DNA of 64,000 bases. Source: an uncultured archaeon (GTDB lineage Archaea; Nanobdellota; Nanobdellia; Pacearchaeales; GW2011-AR1). Shown in pieces: positions 8,660-18,041 of the stretch. The notes beneath the pieces were generated by a model, which saw only the letters and a list, made by a program, of their open reading frames with translations, was not told the DNA's origin and ran no database searches. The position numbers and the translations under genes are program-made. Numbering within the stretch: the first letter of the stretch is position 1; each line of letters begins with the position of its first letter. Location of the stretch: NCBI GenBank assembly GCA_902385635.1, contig CABMGN010000004.1:21-64020 (forward strand), given 5' to 3'.

Positions 8660-9745
8660 TTAACTCAAAAATTCCATATATACTTCTAGATGATCTTCAG
8701 TAGGGTACTCTTCTACAATTGCGCAGTTTGGAACTTTCTTTGATAGTTTTTTAATAGAGTCTAAGTCTGTTAAGATTCTTAATTTTTGATAGTCTTTTCT
8801 TAATCTGGTTTTAGGGAACTCTCTTCTTAATTGGTTGAAGAACAAGTCTAATTCTTTTCTTAATCTATTTCTGTCCAGTTTTTTTAATTCTGATTCAAAA
8901 GTTGGTTTTGTTTCTTTTAGGTAGATTGCTCCTCTTAAAAGTGTACCCTCTTCAGTTATTTTATCAAAAGTTTCTGCAACTTTTTTAGCACGTACTTTTA
9001 TCCTCTCACAAAACTGGATTTTATCCTTGAATTCTGCAGAACAGTAATGTATTCTTACTTTTTTATTTTTAAAATGGTTTAGAATGTTCAGAGCAGTTTT
9101 TTCACTATTGGTTACTTCGTACTTTTCGTTTACTTTCCACTTATGTTTTTTATACTCTTCTTCGTAAAGTGTGGCGTATTCTAGTTCGTTTAGATTAAAG
9201 AAATTAACATACTTTTTACAGAAGTCTATTGCTTGGATTACTTCTTTTTCTTTTCCTGGAAGAACAGGTATCTCTATACCTACTTCAGGGAATTTATTTT
9301 TCAATAAAGATAGTTTTTTCCATTCTTTTTTATTTTCTATGTCAAGATGTATTCTTAACTCATCCAAGCCAGAATCTTTTAGTTGTTTTACTGATTTTGG
9401 ACTTACCAAATCAAGAGAGGTATAAAGATGAATATGGAATTTTTTACCGAATTTATTTTTTAATGCTCTAATGTAAGAAATTGTTCTAGATAATTTAGAA
9501 AGCGGATCTCCCCCAGTTATTCCGGCACCTTTTGAGTTACTCTTTTCTACTTCTTCTAATAAATCTTTGATACTCTTGACATTGACTTCGTTTGCGTAGA
9601 TAACATCCTTGTTCTTTTTTTCCTTTGAAAGAGGACAGTAAATACATCTTTTTGGACAAATACCGGTAACAAAAAGAACTAGCTTTTCTCCGGTAAAACA
9701 GAGTTGACAACCTTTTGATAATTTCCCTAAATGCTTTTCTATCAT
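8660..9745 (-). CDS. radical SAM protein (PFL-activase-related, COG2108-like)
   Basis: Cluster motif 'CPKRCIYCP' and SAM-binding 'GAGITGGDPL'. Confidence 0.8.
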   Translation of the reverse strand: MIEKHLGKLSKGCQLCFTGEKLVLFVTGICPKRCIYCPLSKEKKNKDVIYANEVNVKSIKDLLEEVEKSNSKGAGITGGDPLSKLSRTISYIRALKNKFGKKFHIHLYTSLDLVSPKSVKQLKDSGLDELRIHLDIENKKEWKKLSLLKNKFPEVGIEIPVLPGKEKEVIQAIDFCKKYVNFFNLNELEYATLYEEEYKKHKWKVNEKYEVTNSEKTALNILNHFKNKKVRIHYCSAEFKDKIQFCERIKVRAKKVAETFDKITEEGTLLRGAIYLKETKPTFESELKKLDRNRLRKELDLFFNQLRREFPKTRLRKDYQKLRILTDLDSIKKLSKKVPNCAIVEEYPTEDHLEVYMEFLS

Positions 9746-9776
9746 ACTTTCATAAATAAAAAGAAGTTTAAAAAGA

Positions 9777-10592
9777 TTAAATTAATCTCTTTATGTGGAT
9801 TATTTTTTTTCTTGCGGCAGCTTCCCCACGCCGAATAGTTTGATCTATTTTTGAATCATCAAAAAGCCCGACATTGGGGAGAGACAAGTTAATTAAAACG
9901 TCGGGTTTATGCCTCTCAACTTCGAGAGTTTCAACCCTAGACTCCATCACTCTTAGGGCATTCTGAATTGTATCCAAAATTCCAGGAATTTTTTTCTCTA
10001 AACTTCGAGTAGTTGACTCTTGATTGAAATGAGTCTTTTTTTCTTTAATAAATCCCAAATTAACTCCAATTACAACGTCACAACCAATTTTTCTAAGTGC
10101 TTGAACCGGTAGAGGATCAACTACCCCCCCATCAACTAAAAGTTTATCCTTGATCACTACCGGGATAAAAACTCCGGGAATAGCACAGCTAGCATGAACT
10201 GCTTTTGAAACATCTCCACGACTAAATATAAGTTCTCTTTTATTTTCTAAATCAAATGTTGAGACGTAAAGTGGGATCTTAAGGTCTTCAAAAGAGACAT
10301 TATCTAATTTTTTTCTTAGAAATTTTTCAAATTCTTCACCTTTGATTAATCCTTTCTTGGGAAAAGTATAATCTAGTAATTTCTTCCAAGCTGTTTCCTT
10401 AGTAATTTTTTCTAATTCTTTTGCATCTGGTTTATACGCATAAAATGCACCAACCAAAGAACCTATACTTGAACCAGAAATAGCATCTATCGGGATTTTG
10501 TATTTTTCCAAAATTTTTAAAACACCAACCAGAGCTGCACCCTTTGCTCCACCACTTCCTAATGCGATCCCCACTTTTTTTCTTTTTATCAT
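9777..10592 (-). CDS. patatin-like phospholipase
   Basis: Oxyanion 'GSGGAKGAA', nucleophile 'GSSIG', catalytic 'DGG'. Start moved to the ATG at 10592 because the longer ORF runs through tRNA-Ser. Confidence 0.85.
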   Translation of the reverse strand: MIKRKKVGIALGSGGAKGAALVGVLKILEKYKIPIDAISGSSIGSLVGAFYAYKPDAKELEKITKETAWKKLLDYTFPKKGLIKGEEFEKFLRKKLDNVSFEDLKIPLYVSTFDLENKRELIFSRGDVSKAVHASCAIPGVFIPVVIKDKLLVDGGVVDPLPVQALRKIGCDVVIGVNLGFIKEKKTHFNQESTTRSLEKKIPGILDTIQNALRVMESRVETLEVERHKPDVLINLSLPNVGLFDDSKIDQTIRRGEAAARKKIIHIKRLI

Positions 10593-10604
10593 TTTCTCTG
10601 AAAA

Positions 10605-10685
10605 CGCCCAGTGCAGGAATCGAACCTGCGGGCCCCGAAGGGCTCGGATTAGCAATCCGATGCAATACCACTATGCGAACTGGGC
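10605..10685 (-). tRNA. tRNA-Ser(GCU)
   Basis: Hand-folded cloverleaf: acceptor GCCCAGT/ACTGGGC, anticodon arm TCGGA-TTGCTAA-TCCGA, long variable arm, T-arm GCAGG-TTCGATT-CCTGC. Confidence 0.9.
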
Positions 10686-10770
10686 TTATATTTTTATTGA
10701 TTAAACAAAACTTATAAGGTTTATTGTTAGAGAGAAACCTTTAAAAAATCGACGGAGTAAGAAGGTACAT

Positions 10771-10846
10771 AGCGGGGTAGAGCAGCCTGGAGTGCTCGCA
10801 AGGCTCATAACCTTGAGGTCGTGTGGTTCAAATCCCACCCCCGCTA
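10771..10846 (+). tRNA. tRNA-Met(CAU), A1:U72 (initiator-like)
   Basis: Acceptor AGCGGGG/CCCCGCT, anticodon arm CAAGG-CTCATAA-CCTTG. The T-stem needs one bulged T (GTG-T-GG/CCCAC). There are only two G:C pairs at the base of the anticodon stem, so the initiator assignment is tentative. Confidence 0.8.
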
Positions 10847-10907
10847 CTCTTGTTTTTACTCACAAAAGCAGAATAAAGCTTTTATACTAACTTCTTTTTC
10901 GGTTTGC

Positions 10908-11570
10908 ATGTTAAAATTGGGGATAGATGATGCTGGAAGAGGGCCGGTAATTGGGCCGATGGTTCTTGCTGGAGTTTTGATTGATGAAGCAACAGAAGAC
11001 CTCTTAAAACGGGAGGGAGTGAAGGATAGTAAACAGCTCACACAGAAGAGAAGAGAGTTTTTAGAAAATTTAATAAAAGAAAAAGCAGAAACTTTTGAAA
11101 TTGTAGTTGTCTACCCGGATGAAATAGATGAAAAAACCGCAAAGAATCAGCTAAATGATTTAGAAGCAATTGCCTGTGCAAAAATAATAAATAAAATAAA
11201 CAAAGGGTATAACAAAATAAAAGTTCTAGTTGATTGCCCATCAGTGAGTATCGCCAAGTGGCAGGATTCTTTGAAGCTAAAAATTGAAAACCTTTCAAAC
11301 CTAGACATTTCTTGCGAACATAAAGCAGACCAGAATCATGTTTCGGTTTCTGCTGCATCTATTCTAGCAAAATGTGTTAGAGAAAAGGAGATGGCTATCT
11401 TAAGAGAGAAATACGGAAGAGAAATTGGCTCGGGTTATACTTCTGATCCCCTAACTCAGAGGTTTATAGAAAGATACTCTCAAAAGTATAAAGATGACGG
11501 CATTTTTAGAAAGTCTTGGGTGACTTGGAAGCAAGCACAAGCTGATGTTGAACAAAAGAAACTATTCTAA
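10908..11570 (+). CDS. rnhB: ribonuclease HII
   Basis: 'LGIDDAGRGPVIGPMV...' plus 'SAASILAK' and 'GSGY.SD'. Start moved to the ATG at 10908, because the longer ORF overlaps tRNA-Met. Confidence 0.9.
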   Translation: MLKLGIDDAGRGPVIGPMVLAGVLIDEATEDLLKREGVKDSKQLTQKRREFLENLIKEKAETFEIVVVYPDEIDEKTAKNQLNDLEAIACAKIINKINKGYNKIKVLVDCPSVSIAKWQDSLKLKIENLSNLDISCEHKADQNHVSVSAASILAKCVREKEMAILREKYGREIGSGYTSDPLTQRFIERYSQKYKDDGIFRKSWVTWKQAQADVEQKKLF

Positions 11571-11604
11571 GAATCTTTAAAAATTGGGTTTTCCTTCTGT
11601 AATT

Positions 11605-14463
11605 ATGACTTATATCAAAAAGTTGGTGATGCAGGGATTCAAAAGTTTTGTTAAAAAGACAGAATTGCCGTTCACAGAAGGGATTAATGTTATTCTTGGC
11701 CCAAACGGTTCTGGAAAGTCTAATGTTACAGATGCCCTTTGTTTTGTTCTTGGTAGATTAAGTGTAAAGTCCATGAGGGCAGCAAAAGCAGGAAATTTAA
11801 TCTTCATGGGATCGAAGAATGTTCCGGCAGCAAAAGAGGCTTCTGTTGAACTTGTGTTTGATAATTTATCCAGAATTTTTTCAATTGAGCAAGATGAGAT
11901 TTCTATAAAAAGAATTGTTAGGAAAAATGGGCTTAGTATTTACAAGATAAATGAAGAAACAAAAACAAGACAGGATGTTTTAGGTCTACTTGCACAAGCA
12001 GGTATAGATCCGAATGGATTTAATATAATTCTACAGGGGGAAATTCAAAATTTTGTTAGAATGAATGGTGAAGAGAGAAGAGGAATTATCGAGGAGGTTG
12101 CGGGAATTTCAATTTATGAGTCAAGAAAAGAGAAATCTCTACATGAACTTGAAAAAACTGAAGAAAAGTTAAAGGAGATCACGGCTATTTTAAGGGAAAG
12201 GACAGCATATCTAAACAACTTAGAAAAGGAAAGGCAACAAGCTCTGAAATTTAAGAAACTAGAGGCAGATGTTCAGAAATATAAGGCAAGCATAATCTTT
12301 CACGATCTTTCTAAAAAGAAAAAAGAGATCGAGGGTGTTGAAAAGGAAATTGATCAGAAAAATAAAGAAGTTGAAAAAGTTAAAAAGAAAATACTAGACA
12401 TTCGTGCAGCAATTGAAGGATTTGAGAGCAAAGTTGGAAATATCAATGGGATGATTCAAAAATCTGCAGGCATTGAGCAGGAAAAGCTCAATCAAGAAAT
12501 TGCAAACACGAGAGCGGAACTTGCGGGGCTTACTGTAAAATTAGATAATTACGAAAAAAAGCTTTCTGAGCTAGAAAGGCAGAAACAAGATCTTCAAGAA
12601 ACAGTAAGGAATAATGAGCTTTCTATACGAGAATTACAGAAAGAATCCCCTTCTCTCAGCCAAAAGAGTAAGGAACTAGCTAAGAAAAAACAAGATTTAG
12701 AAAAACTTGAAGAAGAGAGGAAAAAATTCTATACAACTAAAGCTGAATTAAGAGCACTTCGAGAGAGATTGCAAGACAAGCAAGGGATTTTACAAAGCTA
12801 TAATAGTGAAGCTACTTTCTTAATTAAACAAATAGAAAATATTGGGGCGGGCTTATTTGATAAAAAATTCGACGAGAAAAGGATAGATGAGATTAAGGTT
12901 AGCTTAAGAGTCAAAAAAGAAGAATTAGAAGGCATAGAGAAAAGAGAAAGAGAGCTTCAACAGATAATACACACAAGCGAGTTTGAAATAAGTAGGCAGG
13001 AGAAGGTAATAGAAAATATTGCAAAGATGGATATGTGCCCGCTGTGTAAGAGTAAGATAACAAAAGAACATATTTCTAATATAAATAAGGAAGTTGAACC
13101 CCGAGTTAGTTCGCTAAAGAAAGAAATAGAAATGGCAACAAGAGAAATTAATGATATAAACAAGAAAAGGTCTGGATTAAAAGAGTTTATAGAAAAGTCT
13201 CAGGAAGAGATTGTTAAAAGAGAAGCTGATTCTGTGAAGATGTCTGAGATAAACTCTAAAAAAGAGCAGATTAAAGGTTTGCAAGAAAAAATAGATAGAA
13301 CAAAACAAGAAATCTCTGAATTTGACAAAAAAAGAAAGTATATGGAAGAAAACTTTGATGAAAACTCTGGAATCGAGCAAAAATGTGAGTTACTTAGAGT
13401 TGAGATTCAGGAAATTTCATTGCGAAGCGAAGAGACTGTTAATTCAGAGGTTTCATTTAAACAGAGAGAGCTTGAAAGAGCAAAAATAAGTTTGAAACAG
13501 ATGATTAGCGAACATCAGGAACTTGAAGAAGAAGTTGTTAAGATTAAAAAATTGATAAAGGAAAAAGAAGAGCTAGTTGAAAAAAGAAAGCAACAGGAAG
13601 AAGAGCTAAGTAAAAAGTTCCAGAAATTAATTGCAGAAAGAGACCAGTATCAAACAAGTATAAGAGAGAATGAGTCTGAAATGCTGCGGGAGCAGAATAA
13701 GAATTATAGTTTTGAGCAAGAGATGAATAATTTTAAGATCTCTAAAGCCAAGGTTGGGGCAGAAATAGAAAATCTCGAAATAGAGATGCTAAACTTCCCG
13801 AATGTAGAGATAATTAGATCATCCAGAGAGAGTCTTAGTGAGAAGTTGAATAGTGTTAAGGAAACACTTGTTAATATTGGGTCTGTAAATCTAAGGGCAC
13901 TTGAAGTTTATGACTCAATAAAACAAGAATATGATGCTATTACTGAAAAAGTTGAGATAATCAGCAAGGAAAAAGAGGGCATCATGAAAATAATCCAGGA
14001 GATTGATATAAAGAAAAAAAAGACCTTCTTTAGAACACTAGAGTCACTTAATGAGATCTTTTCAAGGAATTTTGCCCAACTAAGTGTAAAGGGTGAGGTT
14101 TATTTGGAATTAGAAAATAAGAAAGAACCTTTTGAGGGGGGTGTTGGGATTGTTGTTAAGACTGGGCACGGGAAATATTTCGATGTAACCTCACTTTCTG
14201 GAGGAGAACAGACACTAGTAGCCCTTAGCCTGATCTTTGGTATTCAGGAGCTGAAGCCGTATAGTTTCTACATCCTAGATGAAATAGATGCTGCTCTAGA
14301 TAAAAGAAACTCTGAGAGACTTGCAGGCCTTCTAAGGAAGTATATGGAGAAAGGACAGTATATTGTTATTACACACAATGATGAAGTTATTTCTAGAGCC
14401 ACAAACCTTTACGGGGTTAGTATGAATGAAGGCGTAAGTAAAGTAGTTAGTTTGAAGATCTGA
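11605..14463 (+). CDS. smc: SMC-family ATPase lacking a hinge, with a central CPLC motif
   Basis: SMC-type head: 'QGFKSF', 'GPNGSGKSN', 'LQGEI', 'LSGGEQTLVALSLIF', 'FYILDEIDAALD'. About 650 aa of K/E-rich coiled coil. No hinge-like globular segment; 'MCPLCKSK' sits at the exact midpoint (13035-13046). Confidence 0.85.
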   Translation: MTYIKKLVMQGFKSFVKKTELPFTEGINVILGPNGSGKSNVTDALCFVLGRLSVKSMRAAKAGNLIFMGSKNVPAAKEASVELVFDNLSRIFSIEQDEISIKRIVRKNGLSIYKINEETKTRQDVLGLLAQAGIDPNGFNIILQGEIQNFVRMNGEERRGIIEEVAGISIYESRKEKSLHELEKTEEKLKEITAILRERTAYLNNLEKERQQALKFKKLEADVQKYKASIIFHDLSKKKKEIEGVEKEIDQKNKEVEKVKKKILDIRAAIEGFESKVGNINGMIQKSAGIEQEKLNQEIANTRAELAGLTVKLDNYEKKLSELERQKQDLQETVRNNELSIRELQKESPSLSQKSKELAKKKQDLEKLEEERKKFYTTKAELRALRERLQDKQGILQSYNSEATFLIKQIENIGAGLFDKKFDEKRIDEIKVSLRVKKEELEGIEKRERELQQIIHTSEFEISRQEKVIENIAKMDMCPLCKSKITKEHISNINKEVEPRVSSLKKEIEMATREINDINKKRSGLKEFIEKSQEEIVKREADSVKMSEINSKKEQIKGLQEKIDRTKQEISEFDKKRKYMEENFDENSGIEQKCELLRVEIQEISLRSEETVNSEVSFKQRELERAKISLKQMISEHQELEEEVVKIKKLIKEKEELVEKRKQQEEELSKKFQKLIAERDQYQTSIRENESEMLREQNKNYSFEQEMNNFKISKAKVGAEIENLEIEMLNFPNVEIIRSSRESLSEKLNSVKETLVNIGSVNLRALEVYDSIKQEYDAITEKVEIISKEKEGIMKIIQEIDIKKKKTFFRTLESLNEIFSRNFAQLSVKGEVYLELENKKEPFEGGVGIVVKTGHGKYFDVTSLSGGEQTLVALSLIFGIQELKPYSFYILDEIDAALDKRNSERLAGLLRKYMEKGQYIVITHNDEVISRATNLYGVSMNEGVSKVVSLKI

Positions 14464-14505
14464 GTACAGATAGATATTTATAAGTTTTAACCCCTTGAAT
14501 CTATA

Positions 14506-15234
14506 ATGAAATCTTTCATTGAAAAGTATGTAAAACCATTAAAGTATCATTACCTTATAGTCGGGGCGTTAATCACCTTGTTCAGTATCTTGCAGTCAGC
14601 ATTTCCAGATTTTGTAGGGCAATCTATTCTTTTGGGCATAGTTCTTTTTGGAATATTAGTAACCTTTACGTACATTTTTTTAGAAATGCAGAGAATATCT
14701 AATAAAAATAAAGGTTCTGTGGATGTTCTATTAGTTACCTTATACGAATTTTTTTACATAATGTTTGTTCTCGTATTTTTTCTAGCAGTTTATCAAAAAT
14801 TTGGTAAAGTCTTTAGTTTTTGTTTAGGATTAACAATCGGGTTGGTTATAATAAGGATATTTGCCTTAATAAGGAGATATTTTGTTATGCTAGAAAAAAT
14901 AGTTCACAACATTTGGGCTAAAAGGGGGATTAGATTTGGGTGTACCTTGGTCATATTAATTTTTGGCCTAATAGTAATACTCTATACAAATAGCCAAAGC
15001 GAATTGTTATCTCTACCCCTGGAGATAGATGCAGTGACTTTAATGCAATGGTTTTATCTTCCGTTGAGCGGAGTAATTTTAATAGGTCTTATGGGAGTAT
15101 TATTGCAGGGGGTGCTCGATATCTTTAAGAAAAATCCGGAGGGGATTGAGAAGGCCATATGGAAAAAGTCCAAGCTATTCCTTCTTATTAAAAAGTTGAA
15201 ACGAAAGAAGCTACCGCTAGTGATTAAAAAATAA
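14506..15234 (+). CDS. polytopic membrane protein
   Basis: 242 aa, about 6 hydrophobic helices, basic C-tail. No family recognised. Confidence 0.5.
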   Translation: MKSFIEKYVKPLKYHYLIVGALITLFSILQSAFPDFVGQSILLGIVLFGILVTFTYIFLEMQRISNKNKGSVDVLLVTLYEFFYIMFVLVFFLAVYQKFGKVFSFCLGLTIGLVIIRIFALIRRYFVMLEKIVHNIWAKRGIRFGCTLVILIFGLIVILYTNSQSELLSLPLEIDAVTLMQWFYLPLSGVILIGLMGVLLQGVLDIFKKNPEGIEKAIWKKSKLFLLIKKLKRKKLPLVIKK

Positions 15235-15276
15235 AAGAAAAAGAGAAAAATAAAAATTAAAAAATTTAATGGAAGT

Positions 15277-16557
15277 TTAGTAGTAGCTTTCGCCGAACTC
15301 TTCAGACTTCGATGGTTTCTTAGCAATCAAGACAATTAAAACGATTAGCAATACAATAAAGATTATTGCCAAAACGATTGTCAAGATAACAATTGGATCT
15401 ATTGAAGAATCTTTTTCAGTCTTCAAATTGAATGCAATTGTTTTTGCAAGTTGGTCGTTAGCGAATACATTCACTGAGAATGTATATTCACCAGCATCCT
15501 CTGCATTAGCAGTTACTTCAACGGTCTTACTTGATCCAGCTGGAACAGCAACAACAGAGTCAGATACAGTAGAAGAAACACCAGAGCTTGATGCTGAGGT
15601 AATCTTGTATACTTGAACCTGGTTTGTTGGGTTAACGATTAAGAAGCTGTATACAGCATCTTTACCTGCATCAACAGTAGCACTTGTTGAACTAACAATT
15701 ATGTTATCAACGAAATTGTTTGTAATAGTAAGCTGCTTTGTGATAGTTATAGAACCATCAGAGTTACTTACATCACAATTACAATCTTGGCTAACGTCCA
15801 TGCTGTCGCTTGCGATCTTAACTTCAAGTGAGTAAACACCTGGCTTAACATCGTACGGAACAGTTAGGTAAAGTCTTGCGCTTACAGTATCTTCGTTAGT
15901 ACAGTCCCCATCACATGACTCTAGAGATACTAGATCTCCAAGGTAACCTGACCTTTGAAGGCCAAGCTGTGGTATGCTTACAGTAACGTAAACATCGTTA
16001 AGTTCATTGTATCCCATGTTCTTTACAACAATATCTACTGGGAAAGTTTCACCAGCAGTAATTGCTTGATCAAAGGATATTGACTTAACCTCTGGGTTGT
16101 ATGAAGGTCTCTGTACTCTTAAGTTAATATTCTCGATTTCAGTCTTGTAGTCATTTCCATCAAGAACCACATTAAGAGTTAAGTCGTCAGATAAAACATC
16201 CCTAAGCTCAGATGGTACTGTTAAAGTAACATCAGCATGGTAAGTCTTTCCTGATTCAACAGGTTGAGAAGGTGATATCTTGTGAACATCTACCTTTTGA
16301 CCTTCAAGTTCTGCTTCGAAAGTTACGTCAGAGTCGTTCTGTATAGCAGTGAAAGTAACCTTAACAGTTACTGAATCACCAGCTGTGACTGCAGGAACAA
16401 CAACCTGAGTTAAACTGCCATTATTATAAACTGCAGTAGTAGTTCCGTCAACTTTGATTTCAACGTTGTCGGCTACATCAGCAGCACTAATAGTAGCAAC
16501 TAGAAGCAATAGGCTTGCAACTGCCAAAAAAGAAACCAATAGGTTTTTTGTATTCAT
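15277..16557 (-). CDS. cell-surface (S-layer-domain-like) protein with C-terminal TM anchor
   Basis: Signal peptide 'LLVSFLAVASLLLLVATISA', T/S/V/D-rich beta-type repeats, and a C-terminal TM followed by 'KKPSKSEE'. Confidence 0.65.
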   Translation of the reverse strand: MNTKNLLVSFLAVASLLLLVATISAADVADNVEIKVDGTTTAVYNNGSLTQVVVPAVTAGDSVTVKVTFTAIQNDSDVTFEAELEGQKVDVHKISPSQPVESGKTYHADVTLTVPSELRDVLSDDLTLNVVLDGNDYKTEIENINLRVQRPSYNPEVKSISFDQAITAGETFPVDIVVKNMGYNELNDVYVTVSIPQLGLQRSGYLGDLVSLESCDGDCTNEDTVSARLYLTVPYDVKPGVYSLEVKIASDSMDVSQDCNCDVSNSDGSITITKQLTITNNFVDNIIVSSTSATVDAGKDAVYSFLIVNPTNQVQVYKITSASSSGVSSTVSDSVVAVPAGSSKTVEVTANAEDAGEYTFSVNVFANDQLAKTIAFNLKTEKDSSIDPIVILTIVLAIIFIVLLIVLIVLIAKKPSKSEEFGESYY

Positions 16558-16720
16558 TTTTGGTTTTTGTGTGTTATTTAATTACACAGAAGAACCTTGT
16601 TTTTCTGTAATTTTACAAACCCTAAACCTATTTATAAACTTTATGGTGACAACAGAAATGAACAATTATAAAAGGACGAAAATAGTAACTTTTTGTTCTG
16701 ACAAATAGTGAATTGCTATT

Positions 16721-17491
16721 TTATCGACGGTTGAAAAGATTAAGAGTTTTTAATGAGTCTTGGGGGGGATTTGGGCTCTCATTTATCAAAGTAATGCTCT
16801 TATTTTTAGGTAAATTATCTAACAAAATTCTTATCTCTTTTTCAGGGGTTAGTTTATGGTGTTTTTCTCCTTTGTCTCCATACTCAATACCTGAGAAATG
16901 AACGTGCCATCGTTTATCTTGAAATAGTTTTTTTACTTCTTCAAATTTGTAGTCTTTGTATCTTGCAAGGATATGCGCGAAATCTATGCAGAAGCTACAA
17001 CCAGTTTGTTCTGACAGAGCGTGGATCTCTTCTATTGAGCCGAAAACATTTATTTTACCCATTATTTCTGGTGTTAACGCCGGGGTGTATTGTTTCTTCT
17101 TACACTCTTCTTTAAGTTCAATCACTCTCTGTTTAATATTCTCGAATGTTTGTTCTCGGGTTGTCTTTCCATAAAACCCGCAGTGAAAAATAACCCTCGA
17201 AGCTCCCAACCAAGTTCCCACCTCACAACAGTCTAGAATCCTTTTCTTACTTGCCTCAATTTTTTCCTTTTCAGTAGAGTTAAGGTTAATCCAGTAGGGT
17301 GCGTGTATTGTTAGTTCAATATCAAACTTTTTTGCCAGCTTCCCGACACTCTCGGCGGTCTTTTGGTCTTTAATAAAAACTCCGTAAGTAAAGGGTATTT
17401 CACAAACATGAAAACCTATCTTATGATACTCTTCAAAAGTTTTCTCTGCATCCTTAACAGGACCCATGCCTGCCGGACCTATTTTTATCAT
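16721..17491 (-). CDS. nfo: endonuclease IV-like AP endonuclease (xylose isomerase TIM barrel)
   Basis: 'LTIHAPYWINLNS', 'VIFHCG', 'CIDFAHI', 'HVHFS' metal-ligand pattern of AP endonuclease family 2. Confidence 0.75.
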   Translation of the reverse strand: MIKIGPAGMGPVKDAEKTFEEYHKIGFHVCEIPFTYGVFIKDQKTAESVGKLAKKFDIELTIHAPYWINLNSTEKEKIEASKKRILDCCEVGTWLGASRVIFHCGFYGKTTREQTFENIKQRVIELKEECKKKQYTPALTPEIMGKINVFGSIEEIHALSEQTGCSFCIDFAHILARYKDYKFEEVKKLFQDKRWHVHFSGIEYGDKGEKHHKLTPEKEIRILLDNLPKNKSITLINESPNPPQDSLKTLNLFNRR

Positions 17492-17550
17492 TGTAGAATA
17501 TAATTAAATTAGTATAAAAAATGTTGTTACCTTTTGTCAGAACAGAAGGT

Positions 17551-18003
17551 TTAAACTGCTTTGCTCAATTCTGTTGATATCTCTCCAATCTTTTCAAAGA
17601 TGTATTTGTGTAAGTTTTGGATAATTATATTTTGCATTTCTTCTTTTAGCAATCCGTGACAACGCGACAAGTCCTTTTCAGGGTTCACTACATTTCCGTA
17701 CGGAAGGTAACAGGTCATTGTTTGTCCTTCAAGAATACTTTTTTCTGCTGAACCCTCTCTCAGACTTTTAAGAGTAACGTCTATTTTACAGGAGTCAGAA
17801 CTTTTTCCTTGAATCTGATAGATCCAAACAGCATCAAGCCCCTCATAAGTAAATTTTGTCTTTGCACATTTTTCTTGGTGAGATCTATAACATGAAAGGT
17901 CGTCACATTTGTAGTAAAAAAAGAATGTGAAGTAAATAGCCGCTGCTAAGATTAGTAAGACTAGAATAGCCAAGAATATCTTCAAACCTCTCTTGTGATG
18001 CAT
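17551..18003 (-). CDS. membrane-anchored Cys-containing hypothetical protein
   Basis: N-terminal TM helix and a 150-aa clean ORF. No family recognised. Confidence 0.45.
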   Translation of the reverse strand: MHHKRGLKIFLAILVLLILAAAIYFTFFFYYKCDDLSCYRSHQEKCAKTKFTYEGLDAVWIYQIQGKSSDSCKIDVTLKSLREGSAEKSILEGQTMTCYLPYGNVVNPEKDLSRCHGLLKEEMQNIIIQNLHKYIFEKIGEISTELSKAV

Positions 18004-18041
18004 AAAGAATTTAGTTAATCTAAGTTTTTAAGGATTGCTAA

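Noticed and set aside
9777-10592. Patatin-like phospholipase as a CBASS-type (CapV-like) defence effector
   Set aside because: No CD-NTase, cyclase or other signalling gene is adjacent. The neighbours are a radical SAM protein and tRNAs, so a housekeeping lipase is the simpler reading.
10593-10907. Long N-terminal extensions of the patatin (to 10655) and RNase HII (from 10821) ORFs
   Set aside because: The extensions run through tRNA-Ser and tRNA-Met respectively. Internal ATGs at 10592 and 10908 give canonical N-termini.
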